A stretch of DNA of 34,914 nucleotides from Hydrurus foetidus (GCA_900617105.1 UYFQ01000452.1:1-34914), one strand, 5' to 3'. Shown: positions 1-13,591, numbered from the stretch's first letter. Notes: a model not told the origin generated them from the sequence alone. Numbers and translations are program-made.

Positions 1-1118
1 ACTCTAATCAGAATTTAATACGTTGTACTCCACAGCTTCGTCTACTCGATAGCTCACTGAATTGAGACAGTAGCCTGCAGCTGCTTCTCCACCTTCGCTG
101 CGAACGCTAGAAGGTGACATCTTGTATTTAGTCTTACAATTACCATCATCAATATTAGAATCTTCATTTCTGATTTCATCTTCATTTTCGGTACTGTATG
201 CTAATTTCCGTTTTTTGTTGACTCTTATTTTAGCAGATTTCAAATAGAATTAAATGTCATTAATTCCAAATTTACTTTTGACAACATCTAATAATTCTAT
301 CGAAATATTTTCAATGGCTGATTGCTTTAGCTTTGATGGCGATTTCCGTGAGTTTTTTTTCTACTATTTTACGAACGATTATCTTCTCAACTTTCGGATA
401 TCGGTGACTTATTATCATCGGGAGATATAGATGGCCAAGTACAGAGGAAGGAGACAATTTGGAGGATGGGGCATATTTACTCTTACAAAGTAAACTGTTT
501 CTGACGGTAAGTATTCTAGATAAAAGATTGCTTTCAGTGTAGCCTAAAAACTTAACTTCGATTGATCTTTGAGCTGCTACAAGATCAAAGAATTTTTTTG
601 GTTTTTCTGATGCATATAATACCGGTACTGCTATTAGACCTCACTTGTTTAGTTGCCTTTGGAAGAGAGACAAACCGTGCTGAAGAGCTTCGGAGTCAAC
701 GTAGAAATCCGCAGACGATGAATAAGGTAGATCATCGAGTTCCTCGCTGATTTCAGCTCCCGACCATTGTTTTTCGGAATTCTCTTTGTTGACTCCATGT
801 CTAGCTAGGAGAATCGCTACCATAAACGCACAGTTATCCACAGACGGTCGATACTCAGGCGCTTCGTCTATCATTATGTCTGTATACGAGAATGGAGATA
901 TCACTTATCGCTTCTAGCGCTTTACTGGTTCGAGTTGCTCGAATGCACGAGTAGTAGTTTTGTTTCGCAGGAACAATGCTCAAAATGGTCTGTAATCACC
1001 TAGCTCCATTGTTATCTGCTATTAATTTTGGTAAGGTATATAACACGGTTATACCATTGAGACTCTGACCGGTGGTTTCAATTTTTTAACCCGGATTCTG
1101 CCGTTTAACCTGGCGGTA

Positions 1119-1204
1119 TCGAACGGCTGGTATGAAAACGACTGTTTTAAGTCCGTTTTAAGGGCGCAGGCCTTATAACAGTCGTTTTCATACCAGCCGT
1201 TCGA
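1119..1204. repeat. Perfect 28-bp inverted repeat (hairpin) upstream of YR gene 1
   Basis: TCGAACGGCTGGTATGAAAACGACTGTT (1119-1146) is the exact reverse complement of 1177-1204. Pairing extends imperfectly inward around a C-GCA-G tip (1164-1168). Confidence 0.9.
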
Positions 1205-1271
1205 ATTGCGGCAGCTGAAGCCACCGTTTATGCACAATTATTCACGATCGCAAGAAAAGTCTGACCGTGAA

Positions 1272-2334
1272 ATGCAACTGTCCGACGAGTCTCGCTGGAG
1301 CAGTTTCGTGGATACCATAAAAAGCTGGGACCGTTACCGGCGTTCCCTCGAAAAATACCAGACCTGGTGCGCTTCAAAAGAGATCATATGGGAAGATCCA
1401 CGCCATGTGGAGCAGTACATCGTGGAAATGCACAGCAACTACCTGGAGAGGCCAAAGAGTCAGGACTCATTTTGCGGTAAGACTTGTTGGAGCGTTGTCT
1501 CAATGATAGGCTCATAATTTCCGGCGATGCGAGGAATCACGCTGTCGATTGAGCACAAGCTCGAGCAGTGGCAGAAGCAGGAGAAGATAGACAAGGCCAA
1601 AAGCTTCAGTTACGAAGACATTATGAGGTACTGGACCGACTTTCCTGACGACTGTACCTATTTGGTTAGGAAGGTCGTTTCAGTTATTGCATTTTTGGTG
1701 TCTTACGTTGTGCTGAATATTCTGAAGTTGATTACGAAGATATTGATACCTCACTTGTAAACTCAGCTAAACCTATGATAGTTATTCAGAACGCGGAGCG
1801 CCACAAGAATGTCGTTTGCGAGGTAAGCAGCTTCGGAATCGCCCACCCTGTTGCCATCCAATCATCATGAAATACATTGCATGTTCCCCTCTCCACCATC
1901 GGCGGGGCTTTTTACTCTACAAACTAACTGAAAACATGAAGGCAACTAAACAAAAGATAGGTAAGAATACGATTGGCAACTACGCGAAGCAGATCGCCGG
2001 GCATCTTGGCTTGGAGGAGCCCTCGAGATACACCTCCCATTGTTGGAGGCGCAGTGGGGCCAGCTCACTTGCTGAGCGCGGCGCCAACGAGCGAGAGCTA
2101 CAGACTACCAGGAATGGGGCTTCAGACAAAGTTGCCGTGAGCTACATTTCAGGATCCATCGCCTACAAGAGGAAACTCGCAAATATGCTGGCCCCGCAGG
2201 AGGGGGAGGAAGACGGTCCACGACCGCCACCTGCCGCCCAAAAATCCTGCAGCTCCAACGCCCCGCCAAAGCCTCCCATCGCAAAGTCATCACTGCCACC
2301 TGCAACAATTGTGTTTTCAATCTCGCACCCTTAA
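1272..2334 (+). pseudogene. Crypton-like tyrosine recombinase, disrupted (YR1)
   Basis: Joining frames gives W-Q-K...AKSF, then GVLRCAE (catalytic R, ~1697-1717, frame-shifted), RHK (K), SHCWRR (HxxR) and VAVSY (Y). There is an in-frame stop at 1515-1517 and frameshifts near 1695 and 1845. The usual G-[HW] motif has decayed to RNG. It is colinear with YR2 at 22494-23563. Confidence 0.85.
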
Positions 2335-5300
2335 CAACATTGCCTCTCACACCCTAAAATTCCTCACCTCTAGTACTTCGACTCAAACACATCTTTAGAC
2401 GCCACCAAACAATGGAAAGAAATCTCAGTTTCGCACGTAATTTCATAGAAACTTGACTACTTTTTCTTCAACTAAAAGCTCAGTTTACCACTCGGGCGAT
2501 TGAGCATTTCTGTCCTCGGATTTTTCGGTTTATTTGAGCCCTTGGGCGGGAATCACCCACCCTGTTGCCATCCAATCATCATGAAATACATTGCATGTTC
2601 CCCTCTCCACCATCGGCGGGGCTTTTTACTCTACAAACTAACTGAAAACATGAAGGCAACTAAACAAAAGATAGGTAAGAATACGATTGGCAACTACGCG
2701 AAGCAGATCGCCGGGCATCTTGGCTTGGAGGAGCCCTCGAGATACACCTCCCATTGTTGGAGGCGCAGTGGGGCCAGCTCACTTGCTGAGCGCGGCGCCA
2801 ACGAGCGAGAGCTACAGACTACCAGGAATGGGGCTTCAGACAAAGTTGCCGTGAGCTACATTTCAGGATCCATCGCCTACAAGAGGAAACTCGCAAATAT
2901 GCTGGCCCCAGGGAGGAGGGGGAGGAAGACGGTCCACGACCGCCACCTGCCGCCCAAAAATCCTGCAGCTCCAACGCCCACCAAAGCCTCCCATCGCAAA
3001 GTCATCACTGCCACCTGCAACAATTGTGTTTTCAATCTTGCACCCTTAACAACATTGCCTCTCACACCCTAAAATTCCTCACCTCTAGTACTTCGACTCA
3101 AACACATCTTTAGACGCCACCAAACAATGGAAAGAAATCTCAGTTTCGCACGTAATTTCATAGAAACTTGACTACTTTTTCTTCAATTAAAAGCTCAGTT
3201 TACCACTCGGGCGATTGAGCATTTCTGTCCTCGGATTTTTCGGTTTATTTGAGCCCTTGGGCGGGAATCACCCACCCTGTTGCCATCCAATCATCATGAA
3301 ATACATTGCATGTTCCCCTCTCCACCATCGGCGGGGCTTTTTACTCTACAAACTAACTGAAAACATGAAGGCAACTAAACAAAAGATAGGTAAGAATACG
3401 ATTGGCAACTACGCGAAGCAGATCGCCGGGCATCTTGGCTTGGAGGAGCCCTCGAGATACACCTCCCATTGTTGGAGGCGCAGTGGGGCCAGCTCACTTG
3501 CTGAGCGCGGCGCCAACGAGCGAGAGCTACAGACTACCAGGAATGGGGCTTCAGACAAAGTTGCCGTGAGCTACATTTCAGGATCCATCGCCTACAAGAG
3601 GAAACTCGCAAATATGCTGGCCCCGCAGGAGGAGGAGGAGGAAGACGGTCCACGACCGCCACCTGCCGCCCAAAAATCCTGCAGCTCCAACGCCCCACCA
3701 AAGCCTCCCATCGCAAAGTCATCACTGCCACCTGCAACAATTGTGTTTTCAATCTTGCACCCTTAACAACATTGCCTCTCACACCCTAAAATTCCTCACC
3801 TCTAGTACTTCGACTCAAACACATCTTTAGACGCCACCAAACAATGGAAAGAAATCTCAGTTTCGCACGTAATTTCATAGAAACTTGACTACTTTTTCTT
3901 CAATTAATAGCTCAGTTTACCACTCGGGCGATTGAGCATTTCTGTCCTCGGATTTTTCGGTTTATTTGAGCCCTTGGGCGGGAATCACCCACCCTGTTGC
4001 CATCCAATCATCATAAAATACATTGCATGTTCCCCTCTCCACCATCGGCGGGGCTTTTTACTCTACAAACTAACTGAAAACATGAAGGCAACTAAACAAA
4101 AGATAGGTAAGAATACGATTGGCAACTACGCGAAGCAGATCGCCGGGCATCTTGGCTTGGAGGAGCCCTCGAGATACACCTCCCATTGTTGGAGGCGCAG
4201 TGGGGCCAGCTCACTTGCTGAGCGCGGCGCCAACGAGCGAGAGCTACAGACTACCAGGAATGGGGCTTCAGACAAAGTTGCCGTGAGCTACATTTCAGGA
4301 TCCATCGCCTATAAGAGGAAACTCGCAAATATGCTGGCCCCGCAGGAGTAGGAGGAGGAAGACGGTCCACGACCGCCACCTGCCGCCCAAAAATCCTGCA
4401 GCTCCAACGCCCCACCAAAGCCTCCCATCGCAAAGTCATCACTGCCACCTGCAACAATTGTGTTTTCAATCTTGCACCCTTAACAACATTGCCTCTCACA
4501 CCCTAAAATTCCTCACCTCTAGTACTTCGACTCAAACACATCTTTAGACGCCACCAAACAATGGAAAGAAATCTCAGTTTCGCACGTAATTTTATAGAAA
4601 CTTGACTACTTTTTCTTCAATTAAAAGCTCAGTTTACCACTCGGGCGATTGAGCATTTCTGTCCTCGGATTTTTCGGTTTATTTGAGCCCTTGGGCGGGA
4701 ATCACCCACCCTGTTGCCATCCAATCATCATAAAATACATTGCATGTTCCCCTCTCCACCATCGGCGGGGCTTTTTACTCTACAAACTAACTGAAAACAT
4801 GAAGGCAACTAAACAAAAGATAGGTAAGAATACGATTGGCAACTACGCGAAGCAGATCGCCAGGCATCTTGGCTTGGAGGAGCCCTCGAGATACACCTCC
4901 CATTGTTGGAGGCGCAGTGGGGCCAGCTCACTTGCTGAGCGCGGCGCCAACGAGCGAGAGCTACAGACTACCAGGAATGGGGCTTCAGACAAAGTTGCCG
5001 TGAGCTACATTTCAGGATCCATCGCCTACAAGAGGAAACTCGCAAATATGCTGGCCCCACAGGAGGGGGAGGAAGACGGTCCACGACCGCCACCTGACGC
5101 CCAAAAATCCTGCAGCTCCAACGCCCCACCAAAGCCTCCCATCGCAAAGTCATCACTGCCACCTGCAACAATTGTGTTTTCAATCTCGCACCCTTAACAA
5201 CATTGCCTCTCACACCCTAAAATTCCTCACCTCTAGTACTTCGACTCAAACACATCTTTAGACGCCACCAAACAATGGAAAGAAATCTCAGTTTCGCACG

Positions 5301-8300
5301 TAATTTCATAGAAACTTGACTACTTTTTCTTCAATTAAAAGCTCAGTTTACCACTCGGGCGATTGAGCATTTCTGTCCTCGGATTTTTCGGTTTATTTGA
5401 GCCCTTGGGCGGGAATCACCCACCCTGTTGCCATCCAATCATCATAAAATACATTGCATGTTCCCCTCTCCACCATCGGCGGGGCTTTTTACTCTACAAA
5501 CTAACTGAAAACATGAAGGCAACTAAACAAAAGATAGGTAAGAATACGATTGGCAACTACGCGAAGCAGATCGCCGGGCATCTTGGCTTGGAGGAGCCCT
5601 CGAGATACACCTCCCATTGTTGGAGGCGCAGTGGGGCCAGCTCACTTGCTGAGCGCGGCGCCAACGAGCGAGAGCTACAGACTACCAGGAATGGGGCTTC
5701 AGACAAAGTTGCCGTGAGCTACATTTCAGGATCCATCGCCTACAAGAGGAAACTCGCTAATGTGCTGGCCCTGCAGGAGGGGGAGGAAGACGGTCCACGA
5801 CCGCCACCTGCCGCCCAAAAATCCTGCAGCTCCAACGCCCCACCAAAGCCTCCCATCGCAAAGTCATCACTGCCACCTGCAACAATTGTGTTTTCAATCT
5901 TGCACCCTTAACAACATTGCCTCTCACACCCTAAAATTCCTCACCTCTAGTACTTCGACTCAAACACATCTTTAGACGCCACCAAACAATGGAAAGAAAT
6001 CTCAGTTTCGCACGTAATTTCATAGAAACTTGACTACTTTTTCTTCAATTAAAAGCTCAGTTTACCACTCGGGCGATTGAGCATTTCTGTCCTCGGATTT
6101 TTCGGTTTATTTGAGCCCTTGGGCGGGAATCACCCACCCTGTTGCCATCCAATCATCATGAAATACATTGCATGTTCCCCTCTCCACCATCGGCGGGGCT
6201 TTTTACTCTACAAACTAACTGAAAACATGAAGGCAACTAAACAAAAGATAGGTAAGAATACGATTGGCAACTACGCGAAGCAGATCGCCGGGCATCTTGG
6301 CTTGGAGGAGCCCTCGAGATACACCTCCCATTGTTGGAGGCGCAGTGGGGCCAGCTCACTTGCTGAGCGCGGCGCCAACGAGCGAGAGCTACAGACTACC
6401 AGGAATGGGGCTTCAGACAAAGTTGCCGTGAGCTACATTTCAGGATCCATCGCCTACAAGAGGAAACTCGCAAATATGCTGGCCCCGCAGGAGGAGGATG
6501 AGGAAGACGGTCCACGACCGCCACCTGCCGCCCAAAAATCCTGCAGCTCCAACGCCCACCAAAGCCTCCCATCGCAAAGTCATCACTGCCACCTGCAACA
6601 ATTGTGTTTTCAATCTTGCACCCTTAACAACATTGCCTCTCACACCCTAAAATTCCTCACCTCTAGTACTTCTACTCAAACACATCTTTAGACGCCACCA
6701 AACAATGGAAAGAAATCTCAGTTTCGCACGTAATTTCATAGAAACTTGACTACTTTTTCTTCAATTAATAGCTCAGTTTACCACTCGGGCGATTGAGCAT
6801 TTCTGTCCTCGAATTTTTCGGTTTATTTGAGCCCTTGGGCGGGAATCACCCACCCTTTTGCCATCCAATCATCATGAAATACATTGCATGTTCCCCTCTC
6901 CACCATCGGCGGGGCTTTTTACTCTACAAACTAACTGAAAACATGAAGGCAACTAAACAAAAGATAGGTAAGAATACGATTGGCAACTACGCGAAGCAGA
7001 TCGCCGGGCATCTTGGCTTGGAGGAGCCCTCGAGATACACCTCCCATTGTTGGAGGCGCAGTGGGGCCAGCTCACTTGCTGAGCGCGGCGCCAACGAGCG
7101 AGAGCTACAGACTACCAGGAATGGGGCTTCAGACAAAGTTGCCGTGAGCTACATTTCAGGATCCATCGCCTATAAGAGGAAACTCGCAAATATGCTGGCC
7201 CCACAGGAGGGGGAGGAAGACGGTCCACGACCGCCACCTGCCGCCCAAAAATCCTGCAGCTCCAACGCCCCACCAAAGCCTCCCATCGCAAAGTCATCAC
7301 TGCCACCTGCAACAATTGTGTTTTCAATCTCGCACCCTTAACAACATTGCCTCTCACACCCTAAAATTCCTCACCTCTAGTACTTCGACTCAAACACATC
7401 TTTAGACGCCACCAAACAATGGAAAGAAATCTCAGTTTCGCACGTAATTTCATAGAAACTTGACTACTTTTTCTTCAATTAAAAGCTCAGTTTACCACTC
7501 GGGCGATTGAGCATTTCTGTCCTCGGATTTTTCGGTTTATTTGAGCCCTTGGGCGGGAATCACCCACCCTGTTGCCATCCAATCATCATAAAATACATTG
7601 CATGTTCCCCTCTCCACCATCGGCGGGGCTTTTTACTCTACAAACTAACTGAAAACATGAAGGCAACTAAACAAAAGATAGGTAAGAATACGATTGGCAA
7701 CTACGCGAAGCAGATCGCCGGGCATCTTGGCTTGGAGGAGCCCTCGAGATACACCTCCCATTGTTGGAGGCGCAGTGGGGCCAGCTCACTTGCTGAGCGC
7801 GGCGCCAACGAGCGAGAGCTACAGACTACCAGGAATGGGGCTTCAGACAAAGTTGCCGTGAGCTACATTTCAGGATCCATCGCCTACAAGAGGAAACTCG
7901 CAAATATGCTGGCCCCACAGGAGGGGGAGGAAGACGGTCCACGACCGCCACCTGCCGCCCAAAAATCCTGCAGCTCCAACGCCCACCAAAGCCTCCCATC
8001 GCAAAGTCATCACTGCCACCTGCAACAATTGTGTTTTCAATCTTGCACCCTTAACAACATTGCCTCTCACACCCTAAAATTCCTCACCTCTAGTACTTCG
8101 ACTCAAACACATCTTTAGACGCCACCAAACAATGGAAAGAAATCTCAGTTTCGCACGTAATTTCATAGAAACTTGACTACTTTTTCTTCAATTAAAAGCT
8201 CAGTTTACCACTCGGGCGATTGAGCATTTCTGTCCTCGGATTTTTCGGTTTATTTGAGCCCTTGGGCGGGAATCACCCACCCTGTTGCCATCCAATCATC

Positions 8301-11300
8301 ATAAAATACATTGCATGTTCCCCTCTCCACCATCGGCGGGGCTTTTTACTCTACAAACTAACTGAAAACATGAAGGCAACTAAACAAAAGATAGGTAAGA
8401 ATACGATTGGCAACTACGCGAAGCAGATCGCCGGGCATCTTGGCTTGGAGGAGCCCTCGAGATACACCTCCCATTGTTGGAGGCGCAGTGGGGCCAGCTC
8501 ACTTGCTGAGCGCGGCGCCAACGAGCGAGAGCTACAGACTACCAGGAATGGGGCTTCAGACAAAGTTGCCGTGAGCTACATTTCAGGATCCATCGCCTAC
8601 AAGAGGAAACTCGCAAATATGCTGGCCCCGCAGGAGGAGGGAGGAAGACGGTCCACGACCGCCACCTGCCGCCCAAAAATCCTGCAGCTCCAACGCCCCA
8701 CCAAAGCCTCCCATCGCAAAGTCATCACTGCCACCTGCAACAATTGTGTTTTCAATCTCGCACCCTTAACAACATTGCCTCTCACACCCTAAAATTCCTC
8801 ACCTCTAGTACTTCGACTCAAACACATCTTTAGACGCCACCAAACAATGGAAAGAAATCTCAGTTTCGCACGTAATTTCATAGAAACTTGACTACTTTTT
8901 CTTCAATTAAAAGCTCAGTTTACCACTCGGGCGATTGAGCATTTCTGTCCTCGGATTTTTCGGTTTATTTGAGCCCTTGGGCGGGAATCACCCACCCTGT
9001 TGCCATCCAATCATCATAAAATACATTGCATGTTCCCCTCTCCACCATCGGCGGGGCTTTTTACTCTACAAACTAACTGAAAACATGAAGGCAACTAAAC
9101 AAAAGATAGGTAAGAATACGATTGGCAACTACGCGAAGCAGATCGCCGGGCATCTTGGCTTGGAGGAGCCCTCGAGATACACCTCCCATTGTTGGAGGCG
9201 CAGTGGGGCCAGCTCACTTGCTGAGCGCGGCGCCAACGAGCGAGAGCTACAGACTACCAGGAATGGGGCTTCAGACAAAGTTGCCGTGAGCTACATTTCA
9301 GGATCCATCGCCTACAAGAGTAAACTCGCAAATATGCTGGCCCCGCAGGAGGAGGATGAGGAAGACGGTCCACGACCGCCACCTGCCGCCCAAAAATCCT
9401 GCAGCTCCAACGCCCACCAAAGCCTCCCATCGCAAAGTCATCACTGCCACCTGCAACAATTGTGTTTTCAATCTTGCACCCTTAACAACATTGCCTCTCA
9501 CACCCTAAAATTCCTCACCTCTAGTACTTCGACTCAAACACATCTTTAGACGCCACCAAACAATGGAAAGAAATCTCAGTTTCGCACGTAATTTCATAGA
9601 AACTTGACTACTTTTTCTTCAATTAAAAGCTCAGTTTACCACTCGGGCGATTGAGCATTTCTGTCCTCGGATTTTTCGGTTTATTTGAGCCCTTGGGCGG
9701 AAATCACCCACCCTGTTGCCATCCAATCATCATGAAATACATTGCATGTTCCCCTCTCCACCATCGGCGGGGCTTTTTACTCTACAAACTAACTGAAAAC
9801 ATGAAGGCAACTAAACAAAAGATAGGTAAGAATACGATTGGCAACTACGCGAAGCAGATCGCCGGGCATCTTGGCTTGGAGGAGCCCTCGAGATACACCT
9901 CCCATTGTTGGAGGCGCAGTGGGGCCAGCTCACTTGCTGAGCGCGGCGCCAACGAGCGAGAGCTACAGACTACCAGGAATGGGGCTTCAGACAAAGTTGC
10001 CGTGAGCTACATTTCAGGATCCATCGCCTACAAGAGGAAACTCGCAAATATGCTGGCCCCGCAGGAGGGGGAGGAAGACGGTCCACGACCGCCACCTGCC
10101 GCCCAAAAATCCTGCAGCTCCAACGCCCCGCCAAAGCCTCCCATCGCAAAGTCATCACTGCCACCTGCAACAATTGTGTTTTCAATCTCGCACCCTTAAC
10201 AACATTGCCTCTCACACCCTAAAATTCCTCACCTCTAGTACTTCGACTCAAACACATCTTTAGACGCCACCAAACAATGGAAAGAAATCTCAGTTTCGCA
10301 CGTAATTTCATAGAAACTTGACTACTTTTTCTTCAATTAAAAGCTCAGTTTACCACTCGGGCGATTGAGCATTTCTGTCCTCGGATTTTTCGGTTTATTT
10401 GAGCCCTTGGGCGGGAATCACCCACCCTGTTGCCATCCAATCATCATGAAATACATTGCATGTTCCCCTCTCCACCATCGGCGGGGCTTTTTACTCTACA
10501 AACTAACTGAAAACATGAAGGCAACTAAACAAAAGATAGGTAAGAATACGATTGGCAACTACGCGAAGCAGATCGCCGGGCATCTTGGCTTGGAGGAGCC
10601 CTCGAGATACACCTCCCATTGTTGGAGGCGCAGTGGGGCCAGCTCACTTGCTGAGCGCGGCGCCAACGAGCGAGAGCTACAGACTACCAGGAATGGGGCT
10701 TCAGACAAAGTTGCCGTGAGCTACATTTCAGGATCCATCGCCTACAAGAGGAAACTCGCAAATATGCTGGCCCCGCAGGAGTAGGAGGAGGAAGACGGTC
10801 CACGACCGCCACCTGCCGCCCAAAAATCCTGCAGCTCCAACGCCCCACCAAAGCCTCCCATCGCAAAGTCATCACTGCCACCTGCAACAATTGTGTTTTC
10901 AATCTCGCACCCTTAACAACATTGCCTCTCACACCCTAAAATTCCTCACCTCTAGTACTTCGACTCAAACACATCTTTAGACGCCACCAAACAATGGAAA
11001 GAAATCTCAGTTTCGCACGTAATTTCATAGAAACTTGACTACTTTTTCTTCAACTAAAAGCTCAGTTTACCACTCGGGCGATTGAGCATTTCTGTCCTCG
11101 GATTTTTCGGTTTATTTGAGCCCTTGGGCGGGAATCACCCACCCTGTTGCCATCCAATCATCATGAAATACATTGCATGTTCCCCTCTCCACCATCGGCG
11201 GGGCTTTTTACTCTACAAACTAACTGAAAACATGAAGGCAACTAAACAAAAGATAGGTAAGAATACGATTGGCAACTACGCGAAGCAGATCGCCGGGCAT

Positions 11301-13419
11301 CTTGGCTTGGAGGAGCCCTCGAGATACACCTCCCATTGTTGGAGGCGCAGTGGGGCCAGCTCACTTGCTGAGCGCGGCGCCAACGAGCGAGAGCTACAGA
11401 CTACCAGGAATGGGGCTTCAGACAAAGTTGCCGTGAGCTACATTTCAGGATCCATCGCCTACAAGAGGAAACTCGCAAATATGCTGGCCCCGCAGGAGGG
11501 GGAGGAAGACGGTCCACGACCGCCACCTGCCGCCCAAAAATCCTGCAGCTCCAACGCCCACCAAAGCCTCCCATCGCAAAGTCATCACTGCCACCTGCAA
11601 CAATTGTGTTTTCAATCTCGCACCCTTAACAACATTGCCTCTCACACCCTAAAATTCCTCACCTCTAGTACTTCGACTCAAACACATCTTTAGACGCCAC
11701 CAAACAATGGAAAGAAATCTCAGTTTCGCACGTAATTTCATAGAAACTTGACTACTTTTTCTTCAACTAAAAGCTCAGTTTACCACTCGGGCGATTGAGC
11801 ATTTCTGTCCTCGGATTTTTCGGTTTATTTGAGCCCTTGGGCGGGAATCACCCACCCTGTTGCCATCCAATCATCATGAAATACATTGCATGTTCCCCTC
11901 TCCACCATCGGCGGGGCTTTTTACTCTACAAACTAACTGAAAACATGAAGGCAACTAAACAAAAGATAGGTAAGAATACGATTGGCAACTACGCGAAGCA
12001 GATCGCCGGGCATCTTGGCTTGGAGGAGCCCTCGAGATACACCTCCCATTGTTGGAGGCGCAGTGGGGCCAGCTCACTTGCTGAGCGCGGCGCCAACGAG
12101 CGAGAGCTACAGACTACCAGGAATGGGGCTTCAGACAAAGTTGCCGTGAGCTACATTTCAGGATCCATCGCCTACAAGAGGAAACTCGCAAATATGCTGG
12201 CCCCGCAGGAGGAGGAGGAGGAAGACGGTCCACGACCGCCACCTGCCGCCCAAAAATCCTGCAGCTCCAACGCCCCACCAAAGCCTCCCATCGCAAAGTC
12301 ATCACTGCCACCTGCAACAATTGTGTTTTCAATCTCGCACCCTTAACAACATTGCCTCTCACACCCTAAAATTCCTCACCTCTAGTACTTCGACTCAAAC
12401 ACATCTTTAGACGCCACCAAACAATGGAAAGAAATCTCAGTTTCGCACGTAATTTCATAGAAACTTGACTACTTTTTCTTCAACTAAAAGCTCAGTTTAC
12501 CACTCGGGCGATTGAGCATTTCTGTCCTCGGATTTTTCGGTTTATTTGAGCCCTTGGGCGGGAATCACCCACCCTGTTGCCATCCAATCATCATGAAATA
12601 CATTGCATGTTCCCCTCTCCACCATCGGCGGGGCTTTTTACTCTACAAACTAACTGAAAACATGAAGGCAACTAAACAAAAGATAGGTAAGAATACGATT
12701 GGCAACTACGCGAAGCAGATCGCCGGGCATCTTGGCTTGGAGGAGCCCTCGAGATACACCTCCCATTGTTGGAGGCGCAGTGGGGCCAGCTCACTTGCTG
12801 AGCGCGGCGCCAACGAGCGAGAGCTACAGACTACCAGGAATGGGGCTTCAGACAAAGTTGCCGTGAGCTACATTTCAGGATCCATCGCCTACAAGAGGAA
12901 ACTCGCAAATATGCTGGCCCCGCAGGAGGAGGAGGAGGAAGACGGTCCACGACCGCCACCTGCCGCCCAAAAATCCTGCAGCTCCAACGCCCCACCAAAG
13001 CCTCCCATCGCAAAGTCATCACTGCCACCTGCAACAATTGTGTTTTCAATCTCGCACCCTTAACAACATTGCCTCTCACACCCTAAAATTCCTCACCTCT
13101 AGTACTTCGACTCAAACACATCTTTAGACGCCACCAAACAATGGAAAGAAATCTCAGTTTCGCACGTAATTTCATAGAAACTTGACTACTTTTTCTTCAA
13201 CTAAAAGCTCAGTTTACCACTCGGGCGATTGAGCATTTCTGTCCTCGGATTTTTCGGTTTATTTGAGCCCTTGGGCGGGAATCACCCACCCTGTTGCCAT
13301 CCAATCATCATGAAATACATTGCATGTTCCCCTCTCCACCATCGGCGGGGCTTTTTACTTTACAAACTAACTGAAAACATGAAGGCAACTAAACAAAAGA
13401 TAGGTAAGAATACGATTGG
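1835..13419 (+). repeat. Tandem array: 16 full units of 713-717 bp plus a 142-bp partial unit; each unit is the YR 3' half, trailer and left hairpin arm
   Basis: Unit starts at 1835, 2549, 3264, 3981, 4698, 5412, 6126, 6842, 7556, 8269, 8984, 9700, 10414, 11131, 11844, 12561 and 13278. Units differ by only a few SNPs and indels, mostly in a GAG-rich tract. Confidence 0.98.
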
Positions 13420-13561
13420 TGACTAAGCCCTCTGACTCAAAAACACAGAAATAACCTCTGACAGAAAAAGCTCAATTACGCCCTCGTGGTGAAAATAGCT
13501 ATTGGAGGTGCTCAACTCTAAAAAAGAGTCAACTTTTGCATCAGTAACTAGGAACAGATTT
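13149..13561. repeat. Imperfect long inverted repeat (3' hairpin of YR element 1): arms ~13149-13276 and ~13427-13561
   Basis: Left ACCACTCGGGCGATTGAGCATTTCTGTC pairs with right GACAGAAAAAGCTCAATTACGCCCTCGTGGT. TTGACTACTTTTT pairs with AAAAAGAGTCAA. A CTCG/CTCG internal mismatch is present. Confidence 0.8.
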
Positions 13562-13591
13562 CAACTTCTTTAGCTCGAAAATTGCGCACTA

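Larger units (their letters stand above)
1272..13561 (+). mobile_element. Crypton-like YR element 1 with internal tandem amplification (5' terminus not located; start given is the likely ATG)
   Basis: A YR gene with no RT and no TIR/TSD, followed by the motif ATGGAAAGAAAT and a long imperfect hairpin, the same layout as YR element 2. Confidence 0.7.

Noticed and set aside
1..1040. Short ORFs and candidate 5' termini of YR element 1 (CCATTGTT at ~765 and ~1006)
   Set aside because: No recognisable protein motifs, and the 8-9 bp matches are too short to call a terminus.
2105..13079. Repeated antisense ORFs (MRGNVVKG...)
   Set aside because: Shadow frames of the repeat unit, variably frameshifted, with no recognisable motif.
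1835..13419. CRISPR array or integron cassette array
   Set aside because: Units are near-identical throughout with no unique spacers or cassettes, no cas genes are present, and the context is eukaryotic.
2500..13426. Sixteen apparent repeated genes (MSISVLGFFG...)
   Set aside because: They start at a TTG inside the hairpin arm, lack the catalytic R and K, have a decayed G-[HW] motif and vary in tail frame. They are by-products of the array junction.
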